Part shown: positions 12,469 through 24,124 of the stretch, one piece after another
Numbering within the stretch: position 1 is the first letter of the stretch
Layout of the letters: each line of letters begins with the position of its first letter
DNA from: Camelus ferus
Taxonomy: Eukaryota
NCBI RefSeq assembly: GCF_009834535.1
Contig: NC_045697.1
Span: 48,486,001-48,550,000 of the forward strand
Reading direction: 5' to 3'
Length of the DNA stretch: 64,000 nt
The notes under the pieces: model-generated
Told to the model about the DNA's origin: nothing
What the model saw: the letters and a program-made list of their open reading frames with translations, nothing else
The model's database searches: none
Position numbers and translations under genes: made by a program

Positions 12469-14483
12469 CTACAGAAGAGAAAAAAGAGAGGTTCAGATTC
12501 AAATTTGTTTCTTAAAAGACTTAAAAAAAAAAAAAGGAGCTTCTCTACAACGAACTGTGGAAGAACAGCAGTGTGTCAATTAAAGGGATGACTTCCTCGA
12601 GTGCGGCTGAGGGGAGAGCAGCAGCAGCAACGCTGGCAGCAGAGGCTGGGGAAGAAGAGGATGCCTCAGCTGGGCCTGGGGGCAGTGGGGCGCCAGGGGA
12701 CACTGATCAGAGCAGAAGGGGATGGGAATGAGGGGGGGAAGGGGGTAGAGAAGGTGGCAGAGACTCTGTGCGAAGTACAGGACACCACATGGCAAGCATC
12801 TTGGAGTTGCTGCTGCCCAGATGGTAGCGTTTGAAGTCCAGACAAGGCAGGAAAGCACGAGACTCTCATCCCTATTTTATCCATTATAATAAGCACGTGT
12901 ACATTTGCATATCAAACAGTGACTAAAAAGAACTCACAAAAGGGCACACAATGTTTGGGTAAAAATATATTTTCCCCTACTTTATGTCTTGGCACTAGTG
13001 ATATATGCATAGATTACCTGTCCACTCTCCTACCTTAACAGACACCAAGTTACTGAGCACGTTTGCTAAGTGATTACTTTCATACTTGAAAAAAAAATGA
13101 TATACTTCACAACAGTACAATTATTTTAGTTTTTTAAAAAAGACAAGTGTCTAACATGCGGTTTACATATATGACAATTCTGCATTAACACTGAAAGTAG
13201 ATTACACAACAGTTTTAAAAACACATTGGTTATTTTCAAACAGCAAAATGACAATGATCTACAGCTACAATTTAAGGCAAATCAGGATATTTTAAAATTA
13301 AGAAATAGACAAACGTTCTAATGCTGTTCACAGCTTAATTTTCAATTTATTTAAAAAATTCCCTTCATACCTACATACAATCTAGACTTTGTAGGTCATC
13401 ATTTCCCCTAAAGAGTCATCACACATGTATCCTATCGATGGAACCAAGACTTCTGGAAGCTGAGACCTGACAGCTTGAGACACTTGAAAATGGCAAAGCA
13501 AAGGGATCTGAATGGACAGTTTTGGTAGGACCACACAGAGACAGTATGACATGGGCTGGAAACAGCTGAAAAACTTGATTCAACAGTTAGTATATGAGAC
13601 ACTCATGGATATGTCAAGAAAGTGAGGAAACCAAGTCTATTTGAGGTGCACAAGATAGGAAGAGTAGAGTTAGTGCTGGTGAGATCACAAAGCAGAGAAG
13701 GAAAAGAAGTAACCTGTGCCCAGCCTTACGTTAAATGTTCCCCTGGTTGAGGTGCCCTTTCAGGACAAAACCTTGGTTAATTAAAAAAGAGCCTAAGCTA
13801 GGAAAACATAGTCTCTCAACTGCCAGTAAATTCTCATAAATGCTCTTCCATCACCTCCTACTGCACTTACAACAGTTAAGGGCATCTGAAGTCCAGAAGA
13901 AGCAAACAGATGGTCATTATGGTTGAACAAAAGATGGGAGAGGCCAGCTAGTGTTGTCTGGCCAAAAAAAAAAAAAAAAGAGGTGATCATTGCTGGTAGT
14001 TAGCTCCAGGGAAAGACCATTAAACAAGATCACCAAAAAATGAAGCAGTCATCAAGGCAACCTAGCATAAAATAATTTTTCCTCTTGATTTTCCCCAGCG
14101 GAAGCTTTCTCATTCTATTCTAGCTTTATTTACACAGTGAGACCAAGGACCCTCTGTAGTATCCAATGAACCCACAATGCTGTGTAGAACACAGACTGGG
14201 ACTAATAATTTCTGACTTCCATACTGATATCAAGGAAAAGTTGAATCTACGTGTTTCTTGTGAAAAAGATATAAATGTAGGCTGTTTTGAATATATTTAG
14301 TTTTTTTTTTTTTTAAACAAAGGCTACTCAAACCAATACCTCCCTTTCCCCACTCTGGGGGAAAAATCCACCTATCCCATTTGTTTCTCTAATTTAAAAA
14401 GGTCAGAAAGATCTCAAAGGTTTCTTACTACCGTACTTACATGCAAAGGCGAAAGCACATCCAGTTAGATTTGAGGGTATCAT

Positions 14484-14508
14484 TTATTCCGTGCAGAGCC
14501 AAGGACTA
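14484..14508 (-). CDS. SEPTIN11: Septin 11 alternative exon, coding part (...KK N SPWLCTE*); whole exon 14441-14508
   Basis: Acceptor gccttttttcacag|T AGT CCT TGG CTC TGC ACG GAA TAA; donor CAT|GTAAGT at 14441/14440. The PWLCTE tail is recalled from SEPT6/SEPT11 isoforms. Confidence 0.88.
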
Positions 14509-16845
14509 CTGTGAAAAAAGGCACAGATACAGAAAAAGAGAGGGCAGCAATAACAAACCAAACAGGGCCAGGGAGCGGGGGGAGAAAAAGTTCAGAAGCA
14601 ATGAATTTTTAAAAAAAGCTGCTATCTGTCTCCTTTGACCTTTTATTCCCTGACTCTCCATATGATATATTTTGCTGTGAAAAATTTAATGGGGAAAAAA
14701 GGAATCAATCCAATCAACAATCTTGGAATCAAAAAGTCAGCTGGATGCCTTTCATGGCGAGGCTCACTGTGAAAAGGCTGTAGTGATGCGTGTAAAATGA
14801 TCATTTTTCAAGTGATGCATGTTTAGAATTTAGAAGTGTATTTTCTGTGACAAGACACAAAAATGCTCACGCAAGCAGTGGTTGGAACAAGCGTACAGCA
14901 CACGGATTCAAGCTTCGGTCTGGTGCACAGCATCTGAGCAAATTCAGCCCCTGGTTAGACCCAGCATGCCATCTCAGCTTTGGCCGCGCCACAGCTAGCT
15001 TCAGACTGGAACCAGTAAGAAACAAAAGCAAAAACAAAAACATTGCCCCAGTAGCTCCTAAGTCTGTCTTTACACCACTATTGCTGCTTCTGGTTTGCGG
15101 TTTCTGCAACAGCTTAGTTTCGCTTCAATGAAATTGATTTCTGACTTTGCCTAATTAAGCCTAAATCAGTTCATGGAAGACCAGTCCTTCTTTCCCTAAG
15201 AGTGTGGTTGAGGATAAAGAGAAGTGGAGGAGGGGGATCTTTACTGGAATCAACTAGAGACTTAGTAATTAAAAAAAAAAAAAAGGTGTACATATGTGTG
15301 CACAGGTACAGCGTATTCTGTCCTACTTGCTTAACGTATGACTCATGAAGGCCAAAAGGAAAACGCAGAGGTGAAATACCAGGTTCATGAGAAGCGTTCT
15401 GCTTTCAAGAACGCAACAGGAGACGACGGAGTCAGAGAGAAAACGGAGAGTATCCCATTATTACAGGGGAAAAAAATCAAGATGATGACAGGTTAAACCT
15501 CACAAATGAAAAGTACAGAAAAGAGATCAGATATGCCCTTTTCCGTACAAACTTGGCGTGCAGTCTGTGCCCTGGCACATGGCTAAGTCCCCATCCTCGG
15601 TGATGGGGCGACAGGACTTAGACATGAACAGCAGGGGGTCCTGGAGAGGGAAAAGGGGAGGCCATTCCTTTGAGACAACTGGGTTGGAAAGACCAGTGGT
15701 TCTGTTCCTCCCTCTCTTTGTTGCCAAACATCAGAAGGAGACTAGGCAAGGAGGCTGGACGTGAAGTCGGATGTCTGCCGTCTCGACTCATGGCTTTGGG
15801 TACGTGTTTCTTTCCACTTGTACCTCACGGTCCCCTCAAATTGTGCTGCAGGTGATGCCGTTCATCACAGATTTGCTATTTTAAGTATTTCTGGAAAATT
15901 TCTCCTCATAATTATTGAAAAATGTTCTTAGAAGCACTGTCACCCTGGAATCAGTCATGAGACCCTCCCCCTCAGCCTACTGAGAGCAAATTGAGGTGTG
16001 TTTATGAAAGACCGGATTTTGTAAAGTAATAAGTAGGTCGTGGAAAGGCCATCATCCTTGGTGGAATATTCTCTGGCTAAGCCACGTTGTCTGATCTGAC
16101 CCTGGAGATGGCTCTCTGTGAGAGGGTCAAGGGCACCCCAATAAAGCTGTACGTCATCCTGGTTTCCTTATTACAACCAGCTTGGCCAGGATTTGAGAGA
16201 CGGGGGTTCAGACACATTTCTAAAGCCATTAAGAGGAGACAGTCAGTCTGAACAGACCCACAACCCAGGCCAAATAATGTTACCATGGTAATAAAAAATC
16301 CACGCAAGGGTCAAGGTCAGGTAAGGCTTACCCACCGTTCTGCCTGCAGACAGAGCTACCTTGTTTGTGGCAGGTATGTTGGAGAGACAGAGGGCGTTCA
16401 GGGCCTTGGCCATCATGGAGATGAGTGATCAAGAAAAGCAAGAGGTTGTCATGGCTATCCAGGTTTATAGTTCAGCTGCTGAGGTGGTGAGAGGTTTTTC
16501 CTGCCAGACGTACATGGAGCAATTTAGCCTCCTCCCCTCAGTCCAAAGCCACACACGAGTAACAGGACAGGCGTGCTTCCTGCCGCCACTCTGAACAGGC
16601 AGACAAGGCAAACCATCGGCTTTCCAGAAACCCAGTCAGCGGCACATAGCTTTTGCTGCCGTTCCCTTGTTCTATCATTTCCCACAACCCAACAACATTC
16701 AGCACAATGAGTTAATAGTTATATGGTGTCTGGGGAAGGGTAAAAAAAAATAAAAAATAAAAACAAAACAAAAGGACACAGATGGCAGAGATACAATATT
16801 ACTGCAAAAGCAGGTGAATGCGGACCATCCTTGGCTTGCCAGGCT

Positions 16846-16861
16846 TTATGTGAAGCTTGCA
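16846..16861 (-). CDS. SEPTIN11: Septin 11 exon 10, coding part (...KK N ASFT*), canonical C-terminus
   Basis: Acceptor ttttgtttttaacttgcag|T GCA AGC TTC ACA TAA; matches the canonical 429-aa septin 11 end. Confidence 0.9.
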
Positions 16862-18697
16862 CTGCAAGTTAAAAAACAAAACAAAAAAGTTAGAAATAAT
16901 AATAAATTAAAAAGAAGGAAAATTAGGAGCGCCAGCACCAGCATTCGGTGATGGTGACTGCTCATGCAATGATTATGGGATTGACAGAAATTAAAACCAA
17001 ACACTCGAGTAAGCTATTCTACATGACAAGCAAAAGCAAAATTTTAATACCAAATTAAAGAACACATGGTTAGTTTCCATCTGCATGTAACTGCAAATTC
17101 ATGGGTGACTTCTTGAAACCACTATGTATTCCAGTGGAAGGATTTGTGGTTTGATTTTCATCTTCTCAAGTAACACAAAACCATTATCGGTTAGATTTGG
17201 GCACCACATTGGTACTGAATAGGAGCTGCATCTTCTATGTCTGAGCTGCTGGAGTCAGAGAATAAATACACAATAAATGTCTTTGAACAATTAACTTGGG
17301 GATTGGAATAGAGTGGATGGAGGGCATGCTACTCATCTACTTGGGGTGGCAGGAAAAAGGACGATCGTTATGTGGTTACAGCAAGAGCAATGCCAGGAGA
17401 CGCCCCCTCTTAGGTATAAAGCAACGCAAAATCCAACATCCACATGTCTAAGATTAGGCAAGTCCAAAACATGCAACTTCATTCCTTAGCAAGAATCAAA
17501 ATATTTTTTTAAAAAAGAAAAGATGAGTGGATGGTTGTGTAAAGTATAGTTATCAGATGCCAAGTACAGTTTTAAAATGACAGATTTTAAAACTCTCTTT
17601 TGGAATGGATGCAACTTGCCTGCTGGCCACTGTGCAGCGTTTTCAGCAAAGATGAACACTGTCTACTGAACAACTTACCCTCGGGCAGTCCCACCACTGA
17701 GGTGTAGCCGCAAACAAGGAAAGTGACTTGGTGGCCAGAGATGGCAGGAGGTGGGGTCCAGCTAATGGCAGTGCCAGGGTTAGCCCTAGCTTGTCTGTAA
17801 TCTTAGGAAATGTTATATGCTCTCATGCCACTAGAGGTCAAGGAGAAGTACAAAGCCTTACCTACGTTACAGAGGGAGCATGTCAGTAGAATAGAAAAAA
17901 CAGAATTTAAAACTATTAGAAAAACTCAGTTCAGCTCTGAGGTGGATACAAGCAGGTGAAGGAATAAACATCTTTTAAAAAATTTTCTCCCTCAAACAGA
18001 GCCAGCTCCTAAGTGGCAGGTGTGGCCACCCCAGCATCTCCTCCAGCTGCGGGCGGAGGAAAGGGCCTCCCATTTATTTTCAAAATACTGCTCTGGGTAC
18101 CCTGGTAACTGTCTTTCTGTGGTACTCTCTGACCAAAACTCCCCCCTGGTAGGAAGAGGAGAGTTGCAGTTGCTTTCACTGTTCAAATGGGAAAGTCTGA
18201 AGGTTAAGAACCTCGGAGAAGTTGCCAAAAAATACTTGCTGTCATCAGGCCCAAAATCTGGTGATTACTGTGCGCCAAATTAAGTCTAATTCCATTCATT
18301 GAAATTGAGAATGTATAAATAAGGCTAAAATACAATTCACACATACTTCACTTAAACTTGAAAAGCACTGTACATTGCTAAGGCCAGAGGTTGGCAAGAA
18401 AATAACCAAAAACATTCAAAAGGACAAGAAAAACCTCCCTACACGGGGAAGTCTGCTACTAGATAGACTTTTTTTGTAGTGGAGGCACAATACTGCTCAG
18501 CTCTTGGAATTTTTATTGCTTAAAGGCACATCCAGTATACATGAAATATCCTTGGAACATTGCTGGTCTTTGATAAACATTTTTAGTTCTAAAACATGTA
18601 CCTTTACGCACTTTAGTGCTTCAGGGTAAGAAAAACTTGACCTTGGGTTTCCTAAACCGAGTCAGCAGCTTTTTCTGTTTCATTCATGCCTATAGAT

Positions 18698-18701
18698 ACA
18701 C

Positions 18702-18736
<35 letters not shown>

Positions 18737-18745
18737 CACACACAC
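18698..18745. repeat. (CA)n microsatellite
   Basis: About 24 CA units with one AA interruption. Confidence 0.95.
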
Positions 18746-20312
18746 CTATTTTTATCTTGGGTTAGTCTGGATCAACAAGGGTAGGATGCCAAATGGCTTT
18801 CATTCTGTCTTCACTGGAAGAGTCACTAATCTCTGAACCTGCATGGGGAACATCACCATGAGTGACCGACGCTCTCTCAACATGTGTAGCTACAAAGTGC
18901 TTTCTTGAACCGGATTATCTAGGCAACTGCTACTCTCAGAATTAATCCAGTATAACTAAATTTTCAGCCTCTGGAGTCCTTTGATCACTTGGGTCTAGAT
19001 CAACCCTATTCAAATCACAGCTCACCTCCACCACCTACTTTCTATTGCTTAGGAAAGCTGCTGGCTCCCCTGCACCCTTCACCCAGCTTCTGCTGTCTCA
19101 GGGCTTGGAAAGTCAAAGTTTGTAAAGCAGAATTTCAAGCTCCGTGTGTCACTGTGGCAGTGCATTTTGGTTCAGGGGCGAGAGCCTGCGTGTTCACCGA
19201 GACCACGTGAACACCACCATCATGCTCGCTCCCCCGTGAGTGGACTCAACTACTGTGCAGGCTCAATCCTGTCTGCTATATATGTTTAAGAATGTAATTC
19301 TTTGCCTACTCAAGTACCAACAGTTTTACTCAGTTGTCAGTCTTTCCCCTAGAACCTTAGCATCTAAGGATGAAGAGCGAGAATCCTAAAACACGCTCTG
19401 AGCTGCCTTCTCGCTGCCCTCAGAGGACTGCACGTTAAACACAAGAGGGCGGCCTCTGTGGGTTCCCCACCTGGCTACCACCAAGGTTTTCCTCAAAGGT
19501 GTCTTATTGACCATTGAGCCTACTGTCAAATCAATAGAATAATTGCCGTCAAATTATTGGCCCTTTCTGGCCTTTAACGTGATTTGATGTAAAGTTTCAA
19601 ATCACAAGATTTCCAGGAAGGTGCAAGTCTCCCACTGGATTCAGACTGCTGCTGATGAAGTATCATAGGGAGTGGCAACTCAAGAGCAGAATCTGACCCT
19701 TTCACATTCAATCAAGGCCATATTTTAAAATGGTTTTTTGGGTGGGTGTAAGTGTATCTTGGGAGTTCATGGAGGTGACTTAATTAGATGGGCATTTTGA
19801 GCTCATTTTCACAATAAAATAATTCATAATCTTGAATCTAGAGGAAAACTAGTGGCCACTAGCATTTCATCTGAATTGTTCATTCTGAGAACAAGACTTC
19901 CAACGACTGGCTTATCAAGCCTTATGACAGAGACTAGAAAAATAATCCTATCAATCATAATTTTAGGGTGCTCTTTATCAAGAGCCATGAGGATTGTCTC
20001 CAGAGAGTAGTGGAGAGAAATGCGCTGTCTTCTCAAGAGTCCTAGTGTTGGTGCAGAAGATGCTACTGGAGACGACAGGTTCCTGCAGTCCTGATTGCTT
20101 GGTCGTGTGGTCAAGTTTTACCAATTAACATCTGTGTACCCTTTAGAAATATTTTAAAAACCTTTATCGTCTTCCCTGCACTGTAGAGAAAATACTTGCT
20201 TTGATTTTTCTAGTAACAGACCAGTTTCCAGTCTGTAAATGGGAAAAGTAGAGACATGCAAGAGGAATCAACTGTTAGAAGGCCCCGCTGCCTGGGGGCG
20301 ACACCTGCTTAC

Positions 20313-20500
20313 TTTTTCTTATCCTTGTCTTTCTTGGTTTGCTGGGCCCCAGCCTGCTGGGCCTGGGACTGAAGCAGCTGAGCTGCCGCCTTCTTCTTCT
20401 GGAAATTGTTCACCTCCTCCTCCAGCTCCTTCTTCTTGTCTTCCACTTTCTTCTTCTCTTCTTGGTGTGTCCGTTTTAGGAGGTCGAACTTCTCGTGGAG
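20313..20500 (-). CDS. SEPTIN11: Septin 11 exon 9 ([15 protein letters not shown]...KKDKDKK), coiled coil
   Basis: 188 nt; acceptor ccccag, donor AA|GTAAGC; translation matches septin 11. Confidence 0.97.
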
Positions 20501-20745
20501 CTGGGGAGAAGAGGAGGACACGCTTGGTGGCGGGAACGGGACGCTCACTGGTATAAGGCTGTCTGGGTCTCTTCTGAGCCAGAACACGGGCGGCGCCACG
20601 TTTAATTACACGAGTGAGGTGCCGTCCGCGCTGAGCCAGGCTGAGATGGTGACCAGCAGCCCTCGGAGCCCTGTGCTCCTTTGGGACTTGGATGCCTTAG
20701 GACTTAGGGGAATTCTGGTGCACTTTTTCTGATAATACATGTTCA

Positions 20746-20900
20746 GGGGAGAGTATAGCTCAAGTGGTAGAGCACATGCTTAGCATACAGAAGGTCCTGG
20801 GTTCAATCCCCACTCCCTCCTCTAAAAGTAAATAAACCTAATTACCCCCTCCCATTAAAAAAAAAAAAAAAAGAAGAGGAGGAAGAAAGGAGAAGAAGAA
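20746..20900 (+). mobile_element. tRNA-derived SINE (Vic-1-like, camelid)
   Basis: GGGGAGAGTATAGCTCAAGTGGTAGAGC (A box)...GGTTCAATCCCC (B box), tail cctaattaccccctccc, poly-A/GAA tail; degenerate TSD atacatgttca / aaacatattca. Confidence 0.85.
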
Positions 20901-21799
20901 GAAACATATTCATCATAAAAAACATAAAGAAGAAAATAAAAATTCTCCTTGCTTCTAGTAAGAAACTCACCCTAGTGGTAAAAGTTCTTTCCTTCTGGTC
21001 CTTTTTTGAAATATATAATCTACATTTACTGAGAGACTTAACACAGTGACTACAGATTTACATGTATGTGCAACATACATACATACTATTCAAATTAAGA
21101 AGAATATGTGAAGTTTCTGGCCCTAGACAAATTGAATTTAGAAAATTATCACAATGCAGAAACAAAAACTGGAAGGAAAGAAGGACGGGAGGGAGGGAGG
21201 GAGGGAAGGAGGGAGGTCATTCTCACTAGATAATTCTAGATTTTTACCCAGCATCTGCTTGGTACTTAAAGCCAACAGCAAGTAAGGCTCAACTTTCCTC
21301 TCTCCGCAGCAAAACTATGTTGAGTGCTTAGCTATTTAAATAACGTCTGAGTTTCAGGAGTCTTTACAAAGATAAATCGAAAGGGGATGATGATGAAATG
21401 ACTGAGACAATTCCACTTGGAAGTGCACCAAGCAGCAGGTCAAGCACTTGAGATGCTCAGCATCCACCATCAAAGGCAAACACACTTCTCGCCCTCTCAG
21501 TGGCGTGAGCGCTACAGCAGACTTCCGCGTGAGCCTCTAGGAAGCAGTTACCCTGGCCTGGGAGTCAGCGGGACACCAGAGCAGGGAGTGTGCGCCCCAA
21601 AGGGACGCGTGGGCACAAACGTGGCAGCCGGAGCCCAGCCCCGTCAGACAGTGGCCCAGGGCCCTCGCCGCTTAGTTCACCAAGTTGGCTGATAGGCTGA
21701 GACAATAATAATAGTCCTAGAATCCCAGAGCTTGCATTTCAGCACCTGTAAATGGAGGGAACACAGAGCTACAAGGAGGCGGGGTCAGGTCTGGAGATG

Positions 21800-21905
21800 C
21801 AGGGTCTAGTGTCAGTCTTGGCTGCGCTGCTAACTCGGTATGTGACTGCATACATCGCGTAACCTTTATGACTCTCAGTTTTAGCAGCTGTAAAATGGGG
21901 ACAAG
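21800..21905 (+). mobile_element. MIR SINE fragment
   Basis: tgtgact...ctcagtttt...ctgtaaaatgggga core. Confidence 0.6.
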
Positions 21906-22030
21906 ACTAGCTGACCTACTCCTCTTACAGGTTAGTAGGCCACGCCCGGGACGAAATACACGCAGAAAGCATTTAGAATGGCATGGAGTCCTGGCTGTCT
22001 CTCTCCCTGGACGGAGGACGGATGGCTCAC

Positions 22031-22163
22031 CTCTTTCTCCGCCTCTTTCAGTTCAGCTTCTTTCTCCTTCACTCTCATAACAAACATCTGTCTCATTTCT
22101 TCTTCTTTCTTCTGAAGTTCTCCCAGAAATTCATTCCTTTTGGCTTCATATGTCTCCTGAAGA
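22031..22163 (-). CDS. SEPTIN11: Septin 11 exon 8 ([13 protein letters not shown]...EAEKE)
   Basis: 133 nt; acceptor aatag, donor GAG|GTGAGC. Confidence 0.97.
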
Positions 22164-24124
22164 CTATTTAAAAGCCACAAACCAAGGACAGTGTCATGAA
22201 GTTGCAGAACAAGACATTTTGGTTTATACCATTTCTACCCAATCACTTCCCTGGAACAGATAAAACTGCCACTCACCGGGTTTAAGGACACACAAAATGG
22301 CACCATCTTCTTTTCAGTTACGTGACAAACAGAAAGACAAGCGCATCAGGAACCAGAGAGGAGGCAATGAGCACAGCGCAGCACTAATGGGGTGTCTCCT
22401 CCCGGCCAAGCTGTAGCCCACATATTGTCACAAAGGGGAAGCCCAGGCTGGCCAGCGACTCCCGGATCAGTACCAGGTAGACACTGAAGATGGGATTCAG
22501 AATTTCAGAAGATGGAGGGGGCACAGGGAGAGGAATGCATCAGCCAGGGAACCAGGCAGATCCCACCTTGGATTCTGGCCACAGCAACTTACTGATCTGG
22601 GGAAGGGCGTGGCCTCTCAGCCTCAGGGTTCTTTGTAGGAGATGTGGATACAATGCCTTCTGGGGAGATGATTATAGGAGTGAAATGTGGGCAGAGTGAG
22701 TAAAGCATGCGACACAGCCTAAGGGCTGAATAAATGTCACCTCCCCCATTCATCTCCTTCCAGAACTCAATTTAGAACACAGCCTCAGGGATCCATCTAA
22801 AGAGACAATAGTGTATCTAAAGATACTACAGAAAATTGCTACTCTCCCAGCCAGAGTACCAATGGTAAACAGAGCAGGGAGGAATTTTATTTTTATTTTA
22901 AACCTCATCCTCCTCCTGACTGTCTACAGAACCCAGGGCCCAATATTTTAAAGCAAATGCCATGACTCAGTTTTATCTCCAAGTCAGAACAAATATATTT
23001 ACAAAAAAAAATCCCCTTCGGTAACACAACTTAGAGAAACAGACACCCAAACCTGCACTCGCACAAACAGAGAAACATCTGCGGGTAAGTGCCACTTCTC
23101 TCTCTCCCTTGCACTTCCCTAGAACAAGAGTTGTTAACAGTAATACAAGCCTGCAGGATTAGCCACCTTTCCCTGGGCACCAAGTTCATCCCAAGTGCTC
23201 ACTCCAAAGCGGACAGCACCTGTGGATGACCCCAGGCTCCATGCAGAGCCAGCCCAGCATTCACACTTGTCCATTCAGAAGGAGAAAAAGGACATTCAGC
23301 TGTGGGGAAGCATGTGCATGTAGACATACATTCACAAAGAGCTAAACACTTACAAACTGTATTAATTAGGATTGTTTAGACTTCTTTCATCAACACTTTT
23401 ACTGGTGGATGAAAAAATAAGTTCTCCTGCCCTCAGGAATGTCAACATTACCTGTTCATGGACAAACACGAGTTTAGAGTTTCTGGAGGTGTCTTTAGCT
23501 CTTTCATTATCTTATGAGACAAAAGCACATTTGGCCAGCGTTACTGTTGGCCAATATAAATAGTAATAATTGGACTTGAAATTTAAGCTACGTAGCCACA
23601 GAGATATAGAAATGTATTGATAATAAAAATATAGAAAATTGTTCGCTCCTCACTCGGAAAAGGGTGTTAATAACTACAATAAAAATTGAGTTGTAAGGGC
23701 TAAAAATTGGAAGGTGTCATCACTTTAGGTATCTGAGAGGATGACACAGAACCAGTTCATGAGTTTGATTTTGCTCTTCAGCTTCTAATAAGCTCTTCAT
23801 CACTATTATTTGGGTCAGAACTGCCAAAGGCAGAGGATGACTTGTCCCTGCTATGAAATTTGGGGGAAAAGCCCGTTTTTGTCGATTTTAAGATAATAAA
23901 TACACCCCCCTCTTCTTTCCACCAAGCAATGGAATACCGATTCTAGAAACACTACCAAGAAACATGACCCAAAATGTGTTCCAGAGATTGCTTGTTTCAA
24001 GAAATCTTCAAAGGAGGGATTCCTAAGTCAAAAAAATAAAAGGGAAAAGCCACGCGTGACCCCCTTTCAGAGAGTCATAGTGCGTGGTGGCTCCCACGTC
24101 CAGCAGCAGGTCAGGACCACCTGG

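Noticed and set aside
13600..13680. cactaac + pyrimidine tract + aaatag acceptor (would give KLGFLTFLTYP*)
   Set aside because: The tract is interrupted and distant from the AG; no independent support.
15040..15075. KTDLGATGAM resembling the recalled SEPT8 tail start RSDIGAHQPGM
   Set aside because: Too short, and no pyrimidine-rich in-phase acceptor precedes it; probably chance.
20746..20820. Apparent tRNA-Ala gene
   Set aside because: Degenerate stems, SINE tail, poly-A and TSD show it is a retroposed SINE; the same applies to the copies at 35033 and 50801.
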